Assembly: GCF_021028975.2 (NCBI RefSeq) | Contig: NC_059428.1 | Location: 558,001-622,000, forward strand | Direction: 5' to 3' | Length of the DNA: 64,000 nt | Source of the DNA: Sphaerodactylus townsendi | Lineage: Eukaryota | Shown here: in pieces, positions 49,601 to 61,777 of the stretch | How positions within the stretch are numbered: the first letter of the stretch is position 1 | Layout: each line of letters begins with the position of its first letter | Notes under the pieces: model-generated | The model's database searches: none | Told to the model about the DNA's origin: nothing | Seen by the model: the letters and a program-made list of their open reading frames with translations, nothing else | Made by a program: the position numbers and the translations under genes

Positions 49601-52600
49601 CCCTCTAGCGTGTGAAGCCTGGGTCGTATTTGTCTACCAAAAAATCTCATAGAGACGACGTGCATAGGTTTTCTAAAGCTAGGCAAAAGTCATTGGGACC
49701 TTTTCAGATTACTAAAGTGATTAATGATGTCACCAGCCCGATTGGATTTGCCTGCTCTCTTAGTAACATTCATCCTGTCTTCCATTCCAGTTTACTCAAA
49801 GAGGAGGCTCCTCGTCATTCCTGGATGCACCAAGACGCCTGGAGAGCGGTCTCCCACCGACTCATTATTGATGGCCACAAGCATTGCGTAAATTGACGCT
49901 TTATCCCACTCTAAAGCTTTTAATCACCATAGCGAACGCTTACAATGGTATTTAGTCTCTTGGGTGATTATTCCTCTGGAGTATAATCAATGGGTTTATT
50001 CCCGAAAATTATTGGCAGCCCCCCACCCTTATTTCTGCTTTCCAATCGGCAAATTTCCTTTCCGCAGACAAACCTGGGGGAGAGGGGTCTTCTTTAAGGG
50101 AGGCAGAGTGTAAAGGGAGTCAATGGTGTTGATGAGAGGGGCAGCCGCCTGGCCTTGACTACATTCCACAGCCCGGGCGATGGGCCAGCTTCTCTGGGCG
50201 GGAGACCTTATCTCCCGCGTGAGGGAGAGATGAGACCTCCGTCGCTCCCATGGGAATCGGGAGGGGATGGGATGAATGGGAAGCTATAACCTGTGTTTCC
50301 TGGCGGGAGATCTTTATTTATACTCACTGGCGCTACTTCTACTTGAGCTTTTCTAAGATGTCTGAATAAACGGTCTTTTTACACCAAAGAGCATAGCCTT
50401 ATGCTTCTGCTTCTAGTAGAATTCCTTACACTAATTCTTTCCCCCTCGAGGCATTTTCTATAATGAATGCCCCTGGTTCTAGATATTGTGAGAAAGAGAG
50501 AAACATTTCTCTCTGTCAAGCATTTTTCTACCCCATGCATAATCTTGCCTATACACTTCAATCATATCCCCCTCAGAGCCTCTCCTCTCAGAGCTAAAAA
50601 AAGGAGTCCCAGGCTGCTGCAGCCTTCTCCTCATAAGGAAGGTGCTCCAGTCCCTCAATCATCCTTGTTGCCCTTTCTCTGCACTTTTTTTTCTAACTTC
50701 CTCTTTCAATATCCTTTTTTGAGATCGCGGCAACCAGAACTGGAACACAATTGCTCCAAGTCGCGGGTCGCAATGCACTGCTTTTATATATAGGGCATGA
50801 CAATCTTTGCAGTTTTATTTCTCAATTCCTTTCCTAATCATCCCTGTAGCATAGAGCTTCTTGCCTTTTCACAGCTGCCATGCATTGAGTTGACATTCCC
50901 ATGGAACTATCAACTAAGGGCCTTCAAATCCCTTTCCTGGTCTGTGACTGATAGCACTGACCCTTGGCAGCTTGTATGTGAAGTTTGGGATTTTTTGCCC
51001 CTATGTGCATCACTTTACATTTTGCTACATTGGAACTGCGATTTGCCATTTCTGAGCCCACTCACCTAATTCTTATCAAGGTCTGCTTGAAGCTCGCCGG
51101 CAATCCTTTGTGGTTCTCACCACACTGCATAATTGGTATCATCTGCAAAGCTTGGCCACCTTCACTACCCACCCCTACTTCCAGGTCATTTATGAATAGG
51201 TTAAAGAGCACTGGTCCCAAAACGGATCCTTGGGGGACACCACTCCCTACATCTCTCCACTTTCCATTTATACCCACCCTTTGTTTCCTGTTCCTCAACC
51301 AGTTTTTAATCCATAGGACGACTTCTCCTCTTATTCCTTCATTGCTGAGTTTTCTGAACAGTCTCTGGTGAGGAACTTGGTCAGAAGCCGTTTGGAAATC
51401 CGAGTAGACAATGTCCACTGGTTCCCCACTTATCCACATGCCTGTTTACACCGTCAAAGAACTCTAGTAAGTTTGTAAGACAGGACTTGCCTCTGCAAAA
51501 GCCATGCTGACACTTCTCAGCAGGTCTTGCTTTTCTACATGTTTTATAATTTTATCTTTTAATGATAGATTCTACTAATTTACCAGGAACAGATGTCAAA
51601 CTGACTGGCCTGTAATTTCCCGGGTCCCCCCTAGATCCTTTCTTAAAAATTGGTGTGACATTGGCCATCTTCCAGTCTTCAGGGATAGAGCCTGATTTCA
51701 GGGATAAGTTGCATATTAAAGTGAGAAGGTCAGCAATTTCATGCTTGAGCTCTTTAAGAACTCTTGGATGAATGCAATCTGGGCCAGGGGGTTTGGTAGC
51801 ATTTAGTTTATCAATGGCTGCCAGAACTTCTTCCTTGTCTACCACTGTCTCTTCGCTAGTTCCTTGGATTCGCCTCCCAAGAAGCATGGTTCAGGTGCAG
51901 GAATTTTCCTCACCTCCGCTTGGGTGAAGACAGATGCAAAGAATTCATTCAGCTTCTCTGCAATCTCCCTGTCATCGTTTAGCACACCCTTTGCTCCTTT
52001 GTCATCTAACAGGCCTACCGCTTCCCTAGCTGGCTTCCTACTTTTGATGTACTTGAAGAACTGTTTGTTGCTGGTCTTGATGTTCGCAGCCATGCGTTCC
52101 TCATAATCCTTTTTTGCCTCCCTTACAGCTAACTTGCTTCTCTTTTGCCACCATTTGTGTTCCCTCTCATATTCTTCATCAGTCAAACTGGACTTCCATT
52201 TTCTAAAAGATATTTTCTTTTTTCCGATAATTTCCTCAACCTCTTTTGTTAACCATGGTGGCTTTCTTTTGGACTGGGTGCTGCCTTTCCTAACCTGCGG
52301 AACACATTCCAGTTGAGCTTTTAAGACTGTGTTTTTAAATAACCTCCAAGCATCTTGGACAGTTTTGACTCTCTTGATTTTCCCTTTCAGCTTCCTGCAC
52401 ACTATCCCCCTCATCTTTGAGAAATTTCCCTTTCCGAAGGCGAATGTAACTACATTAGTAGTTGTCACTTGTTCGCATGCAGAGATACTGAATCTGACAG
52501 CATTGTGGTCGCTGTTCCCTATCGGCTCAACAACACTGACTTCCTGCACCAGGTCCTGGGTCCCACATAGAATTAGATCTAGGATCACCTCTCCCCTGGT

Positions 52601-53758
52601 TGGTTCCACAACCATCTGCTCTAAGCCACAGTCATTTAGCATATCCAGGAATGCTCTCTCCTTACTATGACCTGAACATGCATTTTTCCAGTTTATATGG
52701 GGATAGTTAAAATCTTGATGATCTCTAGGGGAAAGATGACACTGTAGAAGAATGTTTACCCCAGGATGAAATCAAGCTATTGAGAATTGGTATACTGAGG
52801 AAGATACCTTCGAAAACGCATTCAGACACGTGGTGCGATTCTATGCAAGATTCTCATTTTTCCATGTACCATCTATGAATGGACTCAAGGCACAGGAGAT
52901 ATCAGCTCTGTTGTGAAGTTCAATTTGGAACATACAAAACAATGGAGATATAAAATTTCTGTTGGAATTGAACAGTGTGGTCTCATATGGACTCAAGGTT
53001 CCACAACCATCTGCTCTAAGCCACAGTCATTTAGCATATCCAGGAATGCTCTCTCCTTACTATGACCTGAACATGCATTTTTCCAGTTTATATATGGGGA
53101 TAGTTAAAATCACCCATTACCACTACATTTTTGCTTTTGTTGGCCTCTCTAATTTCTTTTTCCATCTCAGAATCCTCTTGTGCACTTTGGTCAGGGGGAC
53201 GATAATATATTCCTAATATTAAACTGTCCTTCACACCTGGTATTGATATCCACAGTGATTCTGTAGGGGAATCAGCTCCCCTTTCATTGTCTATTTTATG
53301 TGACACTATGCTCTCTTTGACATAGAGGGCAACCCCGTCCACAATACGCCCTGTCCTATCCTTCCTGTAGAGCCTGTAACCTGGCATAACAGCATCCCAC
53401 TGGTTCTCCACCATGTAATATATATGCCCACTATATCAAAGTCCTCCTTCAAAACTCTGTACTCCAGCTCCCCCATTTTAGGTCGAAGGCTTCTACTATT
53501 AGCATAGAGACACCTATATACCCTGTCTCTGTCCTTAACCTGGGATTTATGTGCTTTACCCTCAAGTCTTTTGTAGACACTATCCCTTGTCACATGCACA
53601 TTGCTATGTTCCTTGCTTGTATGTGGTTGATTTAGAAAAACCTCCTCCTCTGTCTGCATCCCCATAGATACTGTATTCCGAACCGAAGTCACCTCTGCTC
53701 CTGTCGGCTTTCCCCCAGGGCTCAGTTTAAAAGCTGTTCGCCACCTTTTTAATGTTGA
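43675..53758 (-). mobile_element. CR1 LINE in BLVRB intron 1 (3' part 43675-44014; remainder 50431-53758 with RT, endonuclease and ORF1 end), split by the Gypsy insertion
   Basis: Same family as the 23350 and 34720 copies; [44 protein letters not shown]. Confidence 0.92.
44015..50430 (+). mobile_element. Full-length Ty3/Gypsy chromovirus-type LTR retrotransposon (Tf1/sushi group), frameshift-riddled
   Basis: LTRs 44015-44305 and 50109-50430 (TG..CA); TSD CTAAT; PPT 50096-50108; gag knuckle GLCLYCG ~46360; protease DSGCS ~46700; [26 protein letters not shown]; integrase SMDFITDLP/VVVDLFSK; HPVFHSSLLK; chromodomain-like YLVSW..NQWV ~49950-50000. Confidence 0.95.
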
Positions 53759-53844
53759 GCGCCAGAAGGGTATATTAAATTTGATATATAAATGAATAAA
53801 TATAAAGAAATACATAGAAAAAGCTATATGGGGAGCCTTGATCC

Positions 53845-54038
53845 GGTTGGCCCAGACTAGCCCAGTCTCCATGACATTCTGGTTGCTAAGCAGATCCCAG
53901 TTAGTACTTGGATGGGAGACCACTAAGGAAGTCCCGGGTTGCTATGCAGAGACAGACAACGGCAAACCACCCCTGAATGGTTCTTGCCTTGAAAACCCCA
54001 CTACGAGTTGGCCATAAGTCAGCTGTGACTTGACAGAA
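53845..54038 (+). mobile_element. 5S rRNA-headed SINE with a Sauria/RTE-like tail (5S-Sauria-like)
   Basis: GCTAAGCAG..GTTAGTACTTGGATGGGAGACC (5S box A/IE/C) followed by GGCAAACCAC..CTTGCCTTGAAAACCC..GCCATAAGTC. Confidence 0.75.
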
Positions 54039-54229
54039 ACTCCCCCACCCCCCCGCAAAATTGGAGAGGATTCACTGTAGAAACAACCTGTGGGGTTAAA
54101 GGAGAGTAAGTTTGCACATCAGATTCTCTATTATGTCGACAGTGAGGCTGAGGCAGTCCTGAGCCCCTTCTGAAAAGAGCAGTGGCACATAGTGGAAACA
54201 TACCAAGAACTGAGCAAAGCAACACATGA

Positions 54230-54385
54230 GTCCGACTCCGATGCTCACCCAGATATGGCACAGGAAGGATCTTTCTCAGCCTTGGCCAGCTGAGGTGCAC
54301 TTACTGGAGGCTGCTGGAATTGAACCCTGGGACTTTGGGTGTGCAAAGCAGGTACTTACCCACTGAGGCCGGATCTCCCTTCTGA
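54230..54385 (-). mobile_element. Diverged Squam2-like tRNA SINE
   Basis: Reverse complement reads CTCAGTGG..TGCTTTGCACAC..GGGTTCAATTCC. Confidence 0.55.
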
Positions 54386-54849
54386 GCTGTGGTAGGCTTT
54401 TCAGCCAGGCCTGCATTTTGAAACACCTGGAAGGGATCTGGTCTCCCGGAAGGACTCTTTGCATTTCACCAACAGGCTTCTTTGAGGAGTTTTGCCTTTT
54501 GAAGTGAAATCGGAGTCTCTGGGCAGGCTTCCTGGCCCCGCCAGAGCCCAGGAATTGATTGGTGAACCAGAAAACAACCCTGAAACATGCCTGGCATTTT
54601 TGGGCAAGGGCCAGTCGTGTGGCTACCTTGAGAGATTCCTAGGGTGGAGATCCAGCCCTGGCACCTGCCCCACGGTCACCTCCTGAGTTGTGGCGACCCA
54701 CAGTGGGGCATCTCAGGAGGACAGCAGGGAGAGCCTGCGTGTGTGTGCTCTCCTGTGGTTTGGGCCTGGGGTCTGGCAGCGCTGCTGAAGAGGGAGCGGG
54801 GGCTGAGCCAAGCAGGGCTCTCCTGCTTCTGCGCCCTTCTCGGCATTGC

Positions 54850-57000
54850 GCCCGCTCCCCCACCCCCTTGCCGGGCCAGATAGGGCGGCAGCACAGGCGG
54901 CGGCGGCAGTTCCAGACAGATAACGCCGCACGGGTTTATCAGCGCCCGCCGCGCCTCCGGGCAGCCGCGGCAGACCCCCCCCCCTTACCGGGTCGGCTCG
55001 AGAGAGCGGCGAGGAGCGGGAGGGGTGTGGGGGGCCGGGGGCGGCGTCCAGCGGGGAGGGCAGCCAGCCCGGACAGGGACTCCCGGTTTAAGTCCCGGCC
55101 CGACCCCTCTTGGGCTGCCGGGCAGGCAGGAAGCAGAGTCAGCCCCTTAGGATCACTCCGCAGGCCACCCACGGACCCCACTCCTACGGCGCGGGCGTGG
55201 AAGGGGGAAAAGGTGAATGTGTCGTCGTCCCCCCCCCCCCCGAGCTGCCGTCAGAAAGGGCCTCGCGAGGAACCGAAGGGCCCTTTGGCCACTGGGGGCG
55301 GGGGGGGCCTTCGTGCCCCGGCCTCCCTCTTACCCGCCTCGAGGGCCTGCGCCAGGGTGGCCGAGCCGGTCATGCCGGTGGCCCCGAAGAGGGCGATGCG
55401 CTTGCAGGAGCCCGCCATGCCGCCTGCCCTTCTCGCCTCCGAGACTCCTCGGCCTGGCCCGCCGCGCTCGCCCAGCGCCGTCTTCCGCCCGGAGCTCCTC
55501 CCGCGGAGGCTGGTTCGGGGGAGGCACCGGGGCGGGCGCCTGGGCTGGGGCGAAGGCTCCGCCGGGCCAGGGCCACGCGCCCTGCCCTACCCCGCCGCTG
55601 CGGGCATGGGAGCGAGGGAAGAGCGTCGTCCGGCCCACGGGCCCCAGGCGCCCCGCCCGCCCGCCCGCCCTGGGGTCTGGCAAGGGTACCGGCCAGGAGG
55701 GCCTTGCGGGGGGTACGTGGCCTTCTCTCCCCATCCGCAAAGCGGCCTGACCCGGGGGGCCGCGAACCCGACGCCAGGGCGCGCCTTTCCCCGGGGCAGA
55801 GCTGGCGTGGACAGTGGCAAGCAAGGAGCCCCCGCCCCGGCGAAAGGCGGCCGAGGGGAGGGGGACGGAGGCGCCTTCGCCTGCCCAAGACTTTCCTTCT
55901 GGCTTCTGCCCGCACGATCGCCTCTCCAGAGCCGGGGCCGCCGGGGCTGCTGGCCGGCCGGCCGTGCGCTGCGTGTGTGCCGCAGGGGAAGCGCGCGCGT
56001 CCGCCCGCCTGACCGCCAGCCGGGACCCTCCCTCGCCCCGCGCCGTGCAGCCCCGCTCGCCCGCCCGCCCGCCCGCCCGCCCGCCGAGGCCCGGCTGCTG
56101 CGCCCTCCCCCCCCCCCAAGACGCTCCCCGCCTGCGGGGGCTGGGAGGGACGGAGCGGGGCGACCGGATTGGCTGCCGGCGCCGGACGGCGCGGATGCCG
56201 CTGGCCGAGCGGGGCTGCTGGCCGAGGCCGGGCCCGGGCGCGGCTTTTCTGGGGGAGCTGGGGTGAGTCTGCAGTGCGAAGCCCCGGCATGCCGCGCTGC
56301 GGGTGGGGCCCGTCTGGGACCGCGGGAGGGGGGGAGGGCGGGGGGCGCCTTGGCGCAGGGCCGGGCCCGGAGGGCGGCCAGGTGACAGCGCGGCTCGGGC
56401 CTCGCCCGCCCGCCAGCCAGCCGGGGGCTTCTTGTGCGGCGGCCGTGGGGAGCGGAGGGCCGAGATGGGGCCCCGCTGGCTCCTCGGAGGGAGGGCGGGA
56501 GGCCCAGAAGGCCCCTGCCCGGCCGCCCTTCGCTCACTGCCCGGCTGGCCGAACGGCGGAGCCGAAGGGAAGGTCTGCAGGACCCGCCCGGCGGGAAGGA
56601 GCTCCGGCTGATCGACGCTGCCGCCTCTCGGCCCGTGAAGTGCCGGCGTCGCCGTTTCAGGGGACGCGGATGCTGCTGAGCTTCCGAGGGGGCGCATGAA
56701 CGCCGCCCACGGGCAGCGGCCCCCGAATCTCTATGGGGCTGCGGAACCTGCAGCTGTGGGACGCTCCTGGCGCAGTGGCTAGCCTGGGGTTCCGGGCCGG
56801 GGGTCCGGCCGGCCGGTCCTTAGAGCACCGGGTGGGGGAGGAGGGGTCTGATGGCGGCCAGAAGGAGCAGACCCCGTTCCCCTGGGCTCCTGGGGCCGGG
56901 CAGCCTCCCCTCCTCCAGGCAGCAGCCAGGCCTCGCCAGCAGGCCCCTCCGGCTCCTTGGAACCGCACATCACGACTTATTCCTGGCCGATGATGGTGAG
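54850..57000. promoter_or_regulatory. CpG island; divergent BLVRB/SPTBN4 promoter; candidate SPTBN4 non-coding exon ending at 56262 (GG|GTGAGT)
   Basis: CpG-dense; ATTGG box at ~56168; head-to-head arrangement as in human. Confidence 0.7.
55334..55418 (-). CDS. BLVRB: BLVRB exon 1
   Basis: MAGSCKRIALFGATGMTGSATLAQALEAG|gtaaga; Rossmann GxxGxxG motif; missed by the ORF track. Confidence 0.93.
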
Positions 57001-57252
57001 CAAACCTGAAGTCGATGCATGTTCAAAAAGGAGAACTGCGGACTGGTGTCCACCAGGAAGGCCTGTCGTGGAGGGGCTGTCTGAGTGGGCCAAGGTGGGG
57101 GTGGGGGGACTCCGGACCCTTCCTGGGCTTTTCTCTATCCAGGATGATTCTGCAGTCCTGGCCTGTGATGGTGGGGCCAACCAGCAGCAGCCACCTGGGA
57201 AAACTTTAATGGGCTCATTGTAGGTGGGGCTGCCTCAGAAGGTGGTCCAGAG

Positions 57253-58838
57253 CAGGGACATAGGTATAGATTTTTAAAGGGGGGGTGGGGGTGGGGCCAC
57301 ACCCCCACCCACCTCTAGGGCATGGCCACACCTCCCCACCCCCCACCCCTGGCCTAGCGCTTATAAAAGCAACTCTCCAAGGCCGAGGACAGCAGACTCC
57401 CCTCCCCTGCCCTCCCAGCCGGCAGCCGGCAGTTCCTTCTGCTCTCCCCTCTGGGCAGAGGCATATAGGGGAAATGGAGCCCAGTGCAAAATCTGAGTCC
57501 CCCCCCCCCGCGGGCAGCCGCTTTGATGCTGGAATCCACCCCCAAACAGCATCACTTTCAGTGGTGTTTAAACTAAAAAGTCCAAATTCTCCTTTTAAAT
57601 CCACCTTAAAGGGAGAATCTGGGGTCCCCAGTTAAACAACATTGAAAGTGATGCTGTATTTAAAGATGAATTAGTCCCCCCACCCTGAAACAGCATGCAC
57701 TTTCTCAATGCAATGGCATGATAGTGGTTAAGAGCAGGTGCATTCTAATCTGGAGGAACCGGGTTTGATTCCCTACTCTGCCACTTGAGCTGTGGAGGCT
57801 TATCTGGGGAATTCAGATTAGCCTGTGCACCCCCACACACGCCAGCTGGGTGACCTTGGGCTAGTCACAGCTTTTCGGAGCTCTCTCAGCCCCACCCACC
57901 TCACAGGATGTTTGTTGTGAGGGAGGAAGGGCAAGGAGATTGTAAGCTCCTTTGAGTCTCCTACAGGAGAGAAAGGGGGGATATAAATCCAAACTCCTCT
58001 TCTTCTTCTTCTAAACTGAGGACCTCAGATTCTCCCTTTAAATCCATGACGAAGGGGGTGGATTTAAAAGGAGAATCTAGGGAAATTTGGGGGGTGCCTG
58101 CTGTCAGGGGTGCAAGTGTTAAGCTAGAAGCACCAAACTTTCAGGGTATCTTTAGGAGACTCTTCTAATTATACCACCCAGGTTTGGTGAAGTTTGGTTC
58201 AGGGTGTCCAAAGTTATGGACCCTCAAAATATAGCCCTCATCTCCTATTAGCTCCCATTGGAAACAATGGGGGATGGGGTCATACCCTTTGGAAGTCCAT
58301 AGCTTTGGACCCCCTGGACCAAACTTCACAAAACCTGGGTAGTATCAATAAGAGACTCTCCTGATAATACATCTCAGGTTTGGTGAATAATAAGAGACTC
58401 TCCTGATAATACATCTCAGGTTTGGGCTAGCAGCACCAAACCTTCAGGGATTGTTTGGGGGACTCTCCTGATGATGCTACCCGTGTTTGGTGAGGTTTGG
58501 TTCAGGGTGTCCAAAGTTATGGACCCTCAAAGATGTAATCCCATCTTCTATCAGCTCCCATTGGAAACAATGGAGGATGGGGGCACCCCCTTTGGGAGTC
58601 CATAACTTTGGACCCCCTGAACCAAACCTCACCAAACACGGGTAGCATCATCAGGAGAGTCCCCCAAACAATCCCTGAAAGTTTGGTGCTGCTAGCCCAA
58701 ACAATGCGCCCCCTGCAGGCCAAAAACAAAAAAACCACTACAAATGTTTTAAAAACCCATAAATTGAGGGGCGGAGCTTCGGACATGAATGGGGTTTTTT
58801 TGAACCCGAGAAACCCCCCCCCCTTACCTACGTCCTTG
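57253..58838. mobile_element. Non-autonomous hAT element with a nested Squam3 SINE
   Basis: TIRs CAGGGACATAGGTA / TACCTACGTCCTTG; perfect 8-bp TSD GTCCAGAG at 57245-57252 and 58839-58846. Confidence 0.88.
57713..58011 (+). mobile_element. Squam3-like SINE nested in the hAT element
   Basis: Near-identical to the 40826 copy. Confidence 0.85.
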
Positions 58839-59407
58839 GTCCAGAGGTGTCATTGGTCCCACCATGTCCAAAGGAGACGGGCTTGTCACATTTCAGCTTC
58901 TAGTCTGTTTCTGTGGCCCATTCAAAGTAATGGCCTTGCACTTCAAAGTACTTGACTGGGCTGCAGAGCACACACACCCCCCACTCCCCAGGGCACTTTC
59001 ATGAACCTGCTCAGGCTCTGAGGACACCTGAGAGCCTCTCCTTTGGGGAGCCACCTTGGGTCAAGTGGAGGCCCTTGGACAAGGCCTTTTTGGTGACTGC
59101 CTCTAAATTGTGGAATTCTTTTCACCAGAAGCTTTGTCATGCCTTTCATACACTTTCATACAGAAGGGCTTTGAATAAGACTTTGGGTCATCCTTGGGTT
59201 TTATTTCCATTTAGTCTCTCTTATTACATGAATCTGCCTGACACTGATCCACAGCACCTGCTTGGACCATCATGGTCAGGATTGTCTGACTACCCAGACA
59301 GGCCAAGGGGGCTCTGGGGGCTCTGGCTGAGGTCTTCCACAGCACCTGCTACTTGACCCTTTAAATTGCAAGTGCTCTTTCACTACGCCACGTGGATGGA
59401 ATATTGT

Positions 59408-59690
59408 CTGGTTGTGGTGGGTTTTCCACGCTGTGTGGCCGTGGTCTGGTCTGGTGGATCTTGTTCCTAACGTTTTGCCTGCATTTGTGGCTGGCATCTT
59501 CAGAGGTGTATCACAGAGGGAAGTGTGCTACACACTGTGTCTAGTGAGAGAGGAATGTTTAGTGGGGTATATATTGTCCTTGTCCCAGGGTGGGGAACCA
59601 ATCAGTAAGTGTTTGGGTGGAATTTGTTATGCAAAGGTGTGGTTGACTGCATTGCATTGTGGGTGGGGGTTTCAGTCCATTTACATTCGT
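59408..59690 (-). mobile_element. Penelope-like element terminal fragment
   Basis: Homologous to 1349-1448; best-preserved hammerhead-like core. Confidence 0.7.
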
Positions 59691-61005
59691 ATTCACATTT
59701 GCATTCCCTGCAGTTGGAATGTTGTCTGTTATATTTATTTAATGTCTACCCCGCCTTTTTTCGCAATGGGGACCCAACGGGGGTGACATTGTTGTTCTGT
59801 TTTCATTCTCACGACAAGTAGCTGGCTGCCCCACCTGACCTTCTTGGAGGAAGTCAGTGCCACTGAGCCTGCTGCTGGGAGCTGGCCGGGCTCCTGACTA
59901 GACTTTGCCAAGACCGGGCCCTGCTGCAACATGACAGGCTTCCTCAGTTGTGGGGCTGCTGGCACAGCGGGCCTCTTGTGGGGCTTGCCATCTCCTGGGG
60001 AAAGTACCGGAGCAGAGGTGTTGCCCCTGGACAGGGTGTTGAAAGGGTGGCCAAGGTAATGTAGGCAGAGAACCTGGAACCCTTGCAACGTAGTACGGGG
60101 ACGGTCGGGGGAAGCTGGCTCAGCAGCCTCAGCCATGTGCTGCAGCCAAGGACAGATCATTTGGGTGGCCGCAATGCTGGGCTTGGCCTGATGGGACCCG
60201 TCTTTGTTTCTGGGGCAGCAGGCCAACAGTCTCAGAAAACTGGGAATATCAGTGGTCTACCTGACAGGAATGTTGTATGGAAGGATGGCAGTTGCACGCA
60301 ACCCCCGAGCAGGCACAGCTTGCAAGCTCTTCCGAAGTGTCATCGTTGACTGGGTCATACCCAGCTTGTGATGGTTTCTCTGTGAAGGAATCGGAATGCC
60401 AGAAAAAGGCCCCTCTAGGCAATTCCGCCCCCCTCCCCCCCCCCCAGCAAAACCATCTGAATTAGCAGGAGCATTTTAAATACACAAAATCCACATTGGA
60501 GGTGTGCTGTGAGCAAACACTGCTTTGCTTGGGATCTACGCCTCCACAGCAGAGGTGAAGCTGGGGTGGGGGAGGTGCACCCAGAGGGTGGGTCCCCAAC
60601 AGGAAGAAAGGTGGGGTATGTGAGGATGAGAAGGCCACTGCGTCCTCTTCTGTGGAGAGCCTCTCTTTATCCACCCAGAATGGGGGTGCACACAAAGCAG
60701 TCTGAGCCTTCCCCATGGACAGCTGTGGATCTGGCCCAGATGCGGCCTATCCATCTCACTCCCACCGAGCTTGCGGGTGTGCATGAGAGTGGGGGGTCAC
60801 CAGGCATGGCACTGCGTAGGCTTGAGGCAGGACTCCTGGCATAGTTTGCAAACTTCTTTCACCCCTGAGTGCTTCTAAATAGTTAATTTCCTGTGCTTGT
60901 CTCTTGAGGATGGGCATCAAAGTGGCAAGGACTTCCAGGAGAATGGGACACCAGATGCATCAGTCCTGACCCAGTTCAAAGGAAGACTGGAGGGCACAGG
61001 GATGG

Positions 61006-61007
<2 letters not shown>

Positions 61008-61084
<77 letters not shown>

Positions 61085-61085
61085 C
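61008..61085. repeat. Compound (TG)n(AG)n microsatellite
   Basis: Seen directly. Confidence 0.95.
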
Positions 61086-61735
61086 ACAAGCAGTGTGATC
61101 TCTTCCTTCCTTTTACTCTCTTCCAGAGTGGCTTTCTGAGCTACCAGGATGTGCTCCTAGCGCATCTTGCCTCACTTCTGATGAGGCTCTTTACCCAGCA
61201 AGCTTTGCTTGCCTTGCAGGCTGCCTGCCTGGCAGCAAATGAGACAGGCTGGGCCCGTTCCCAGCGAGGGGCCACGGACTGGGCTTTCTGGGTCCTTCTG
61301 GGGCAGCTCAGGCATCTTTTGCTGCAAATCAGCTCTGCGCTCTGAAGCTGCTGCCATGTGAAGGGAAAGAGAGCCCAGCACAGCCTGTGGGGTCCACCAC
61401 AGGAGAGCTCCAGGACGGCTCTTGTTCATTTCCACGGCTCCTTACCCAGTGGATCCTGCCCAGGGCACCAGGATGGAACTAAGAGGAGCCGGATGTTGCC
61501 CTTTTCCCGGAAGGAGGGGCCGAGCCCCTCCGAACCTGAGCCCCAATCCAAGCGTGAAATTGCGGTTACCCCTTTTATGAGAACAAACCAAAATGACACC
61601 AAACATGGTCCCTCTCTTAGGGCCACCTGCAAGGTAGGCCCAGGAAATGTTCACTGGCCACAAGGCTGCCGTGGGGTGGGAGTGTCCTTCTGTATCTGGT
61701 TGAGTCCTCCTGTGGGTGGCTCCTCGGGCGCCCCT

Positions 61736-61777
<42 letters not shown>
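61736..61777. repeat. (CTGG)n tetranucleotide repeat
   Basis: Seen directly. Confidence 0.9.

Noticed and set aside
53845-53925. 5S rRNA gene
   Set aside because: Degenerate and fused to a SINE tail
54688-56697. ORFs of 300-565 aa on both strands
   Set aside because: Low-complexity R/P/G/A translations of a stop-poor CpG island; the real coding piece is the 85-bp BLVRB exon 1
61128-61632. Possible extra SPTBN4 5' exon (good acceptor, AAG|GTAGGC donor)
   Set aside because: Splice-like motifs only; no homology or frame support
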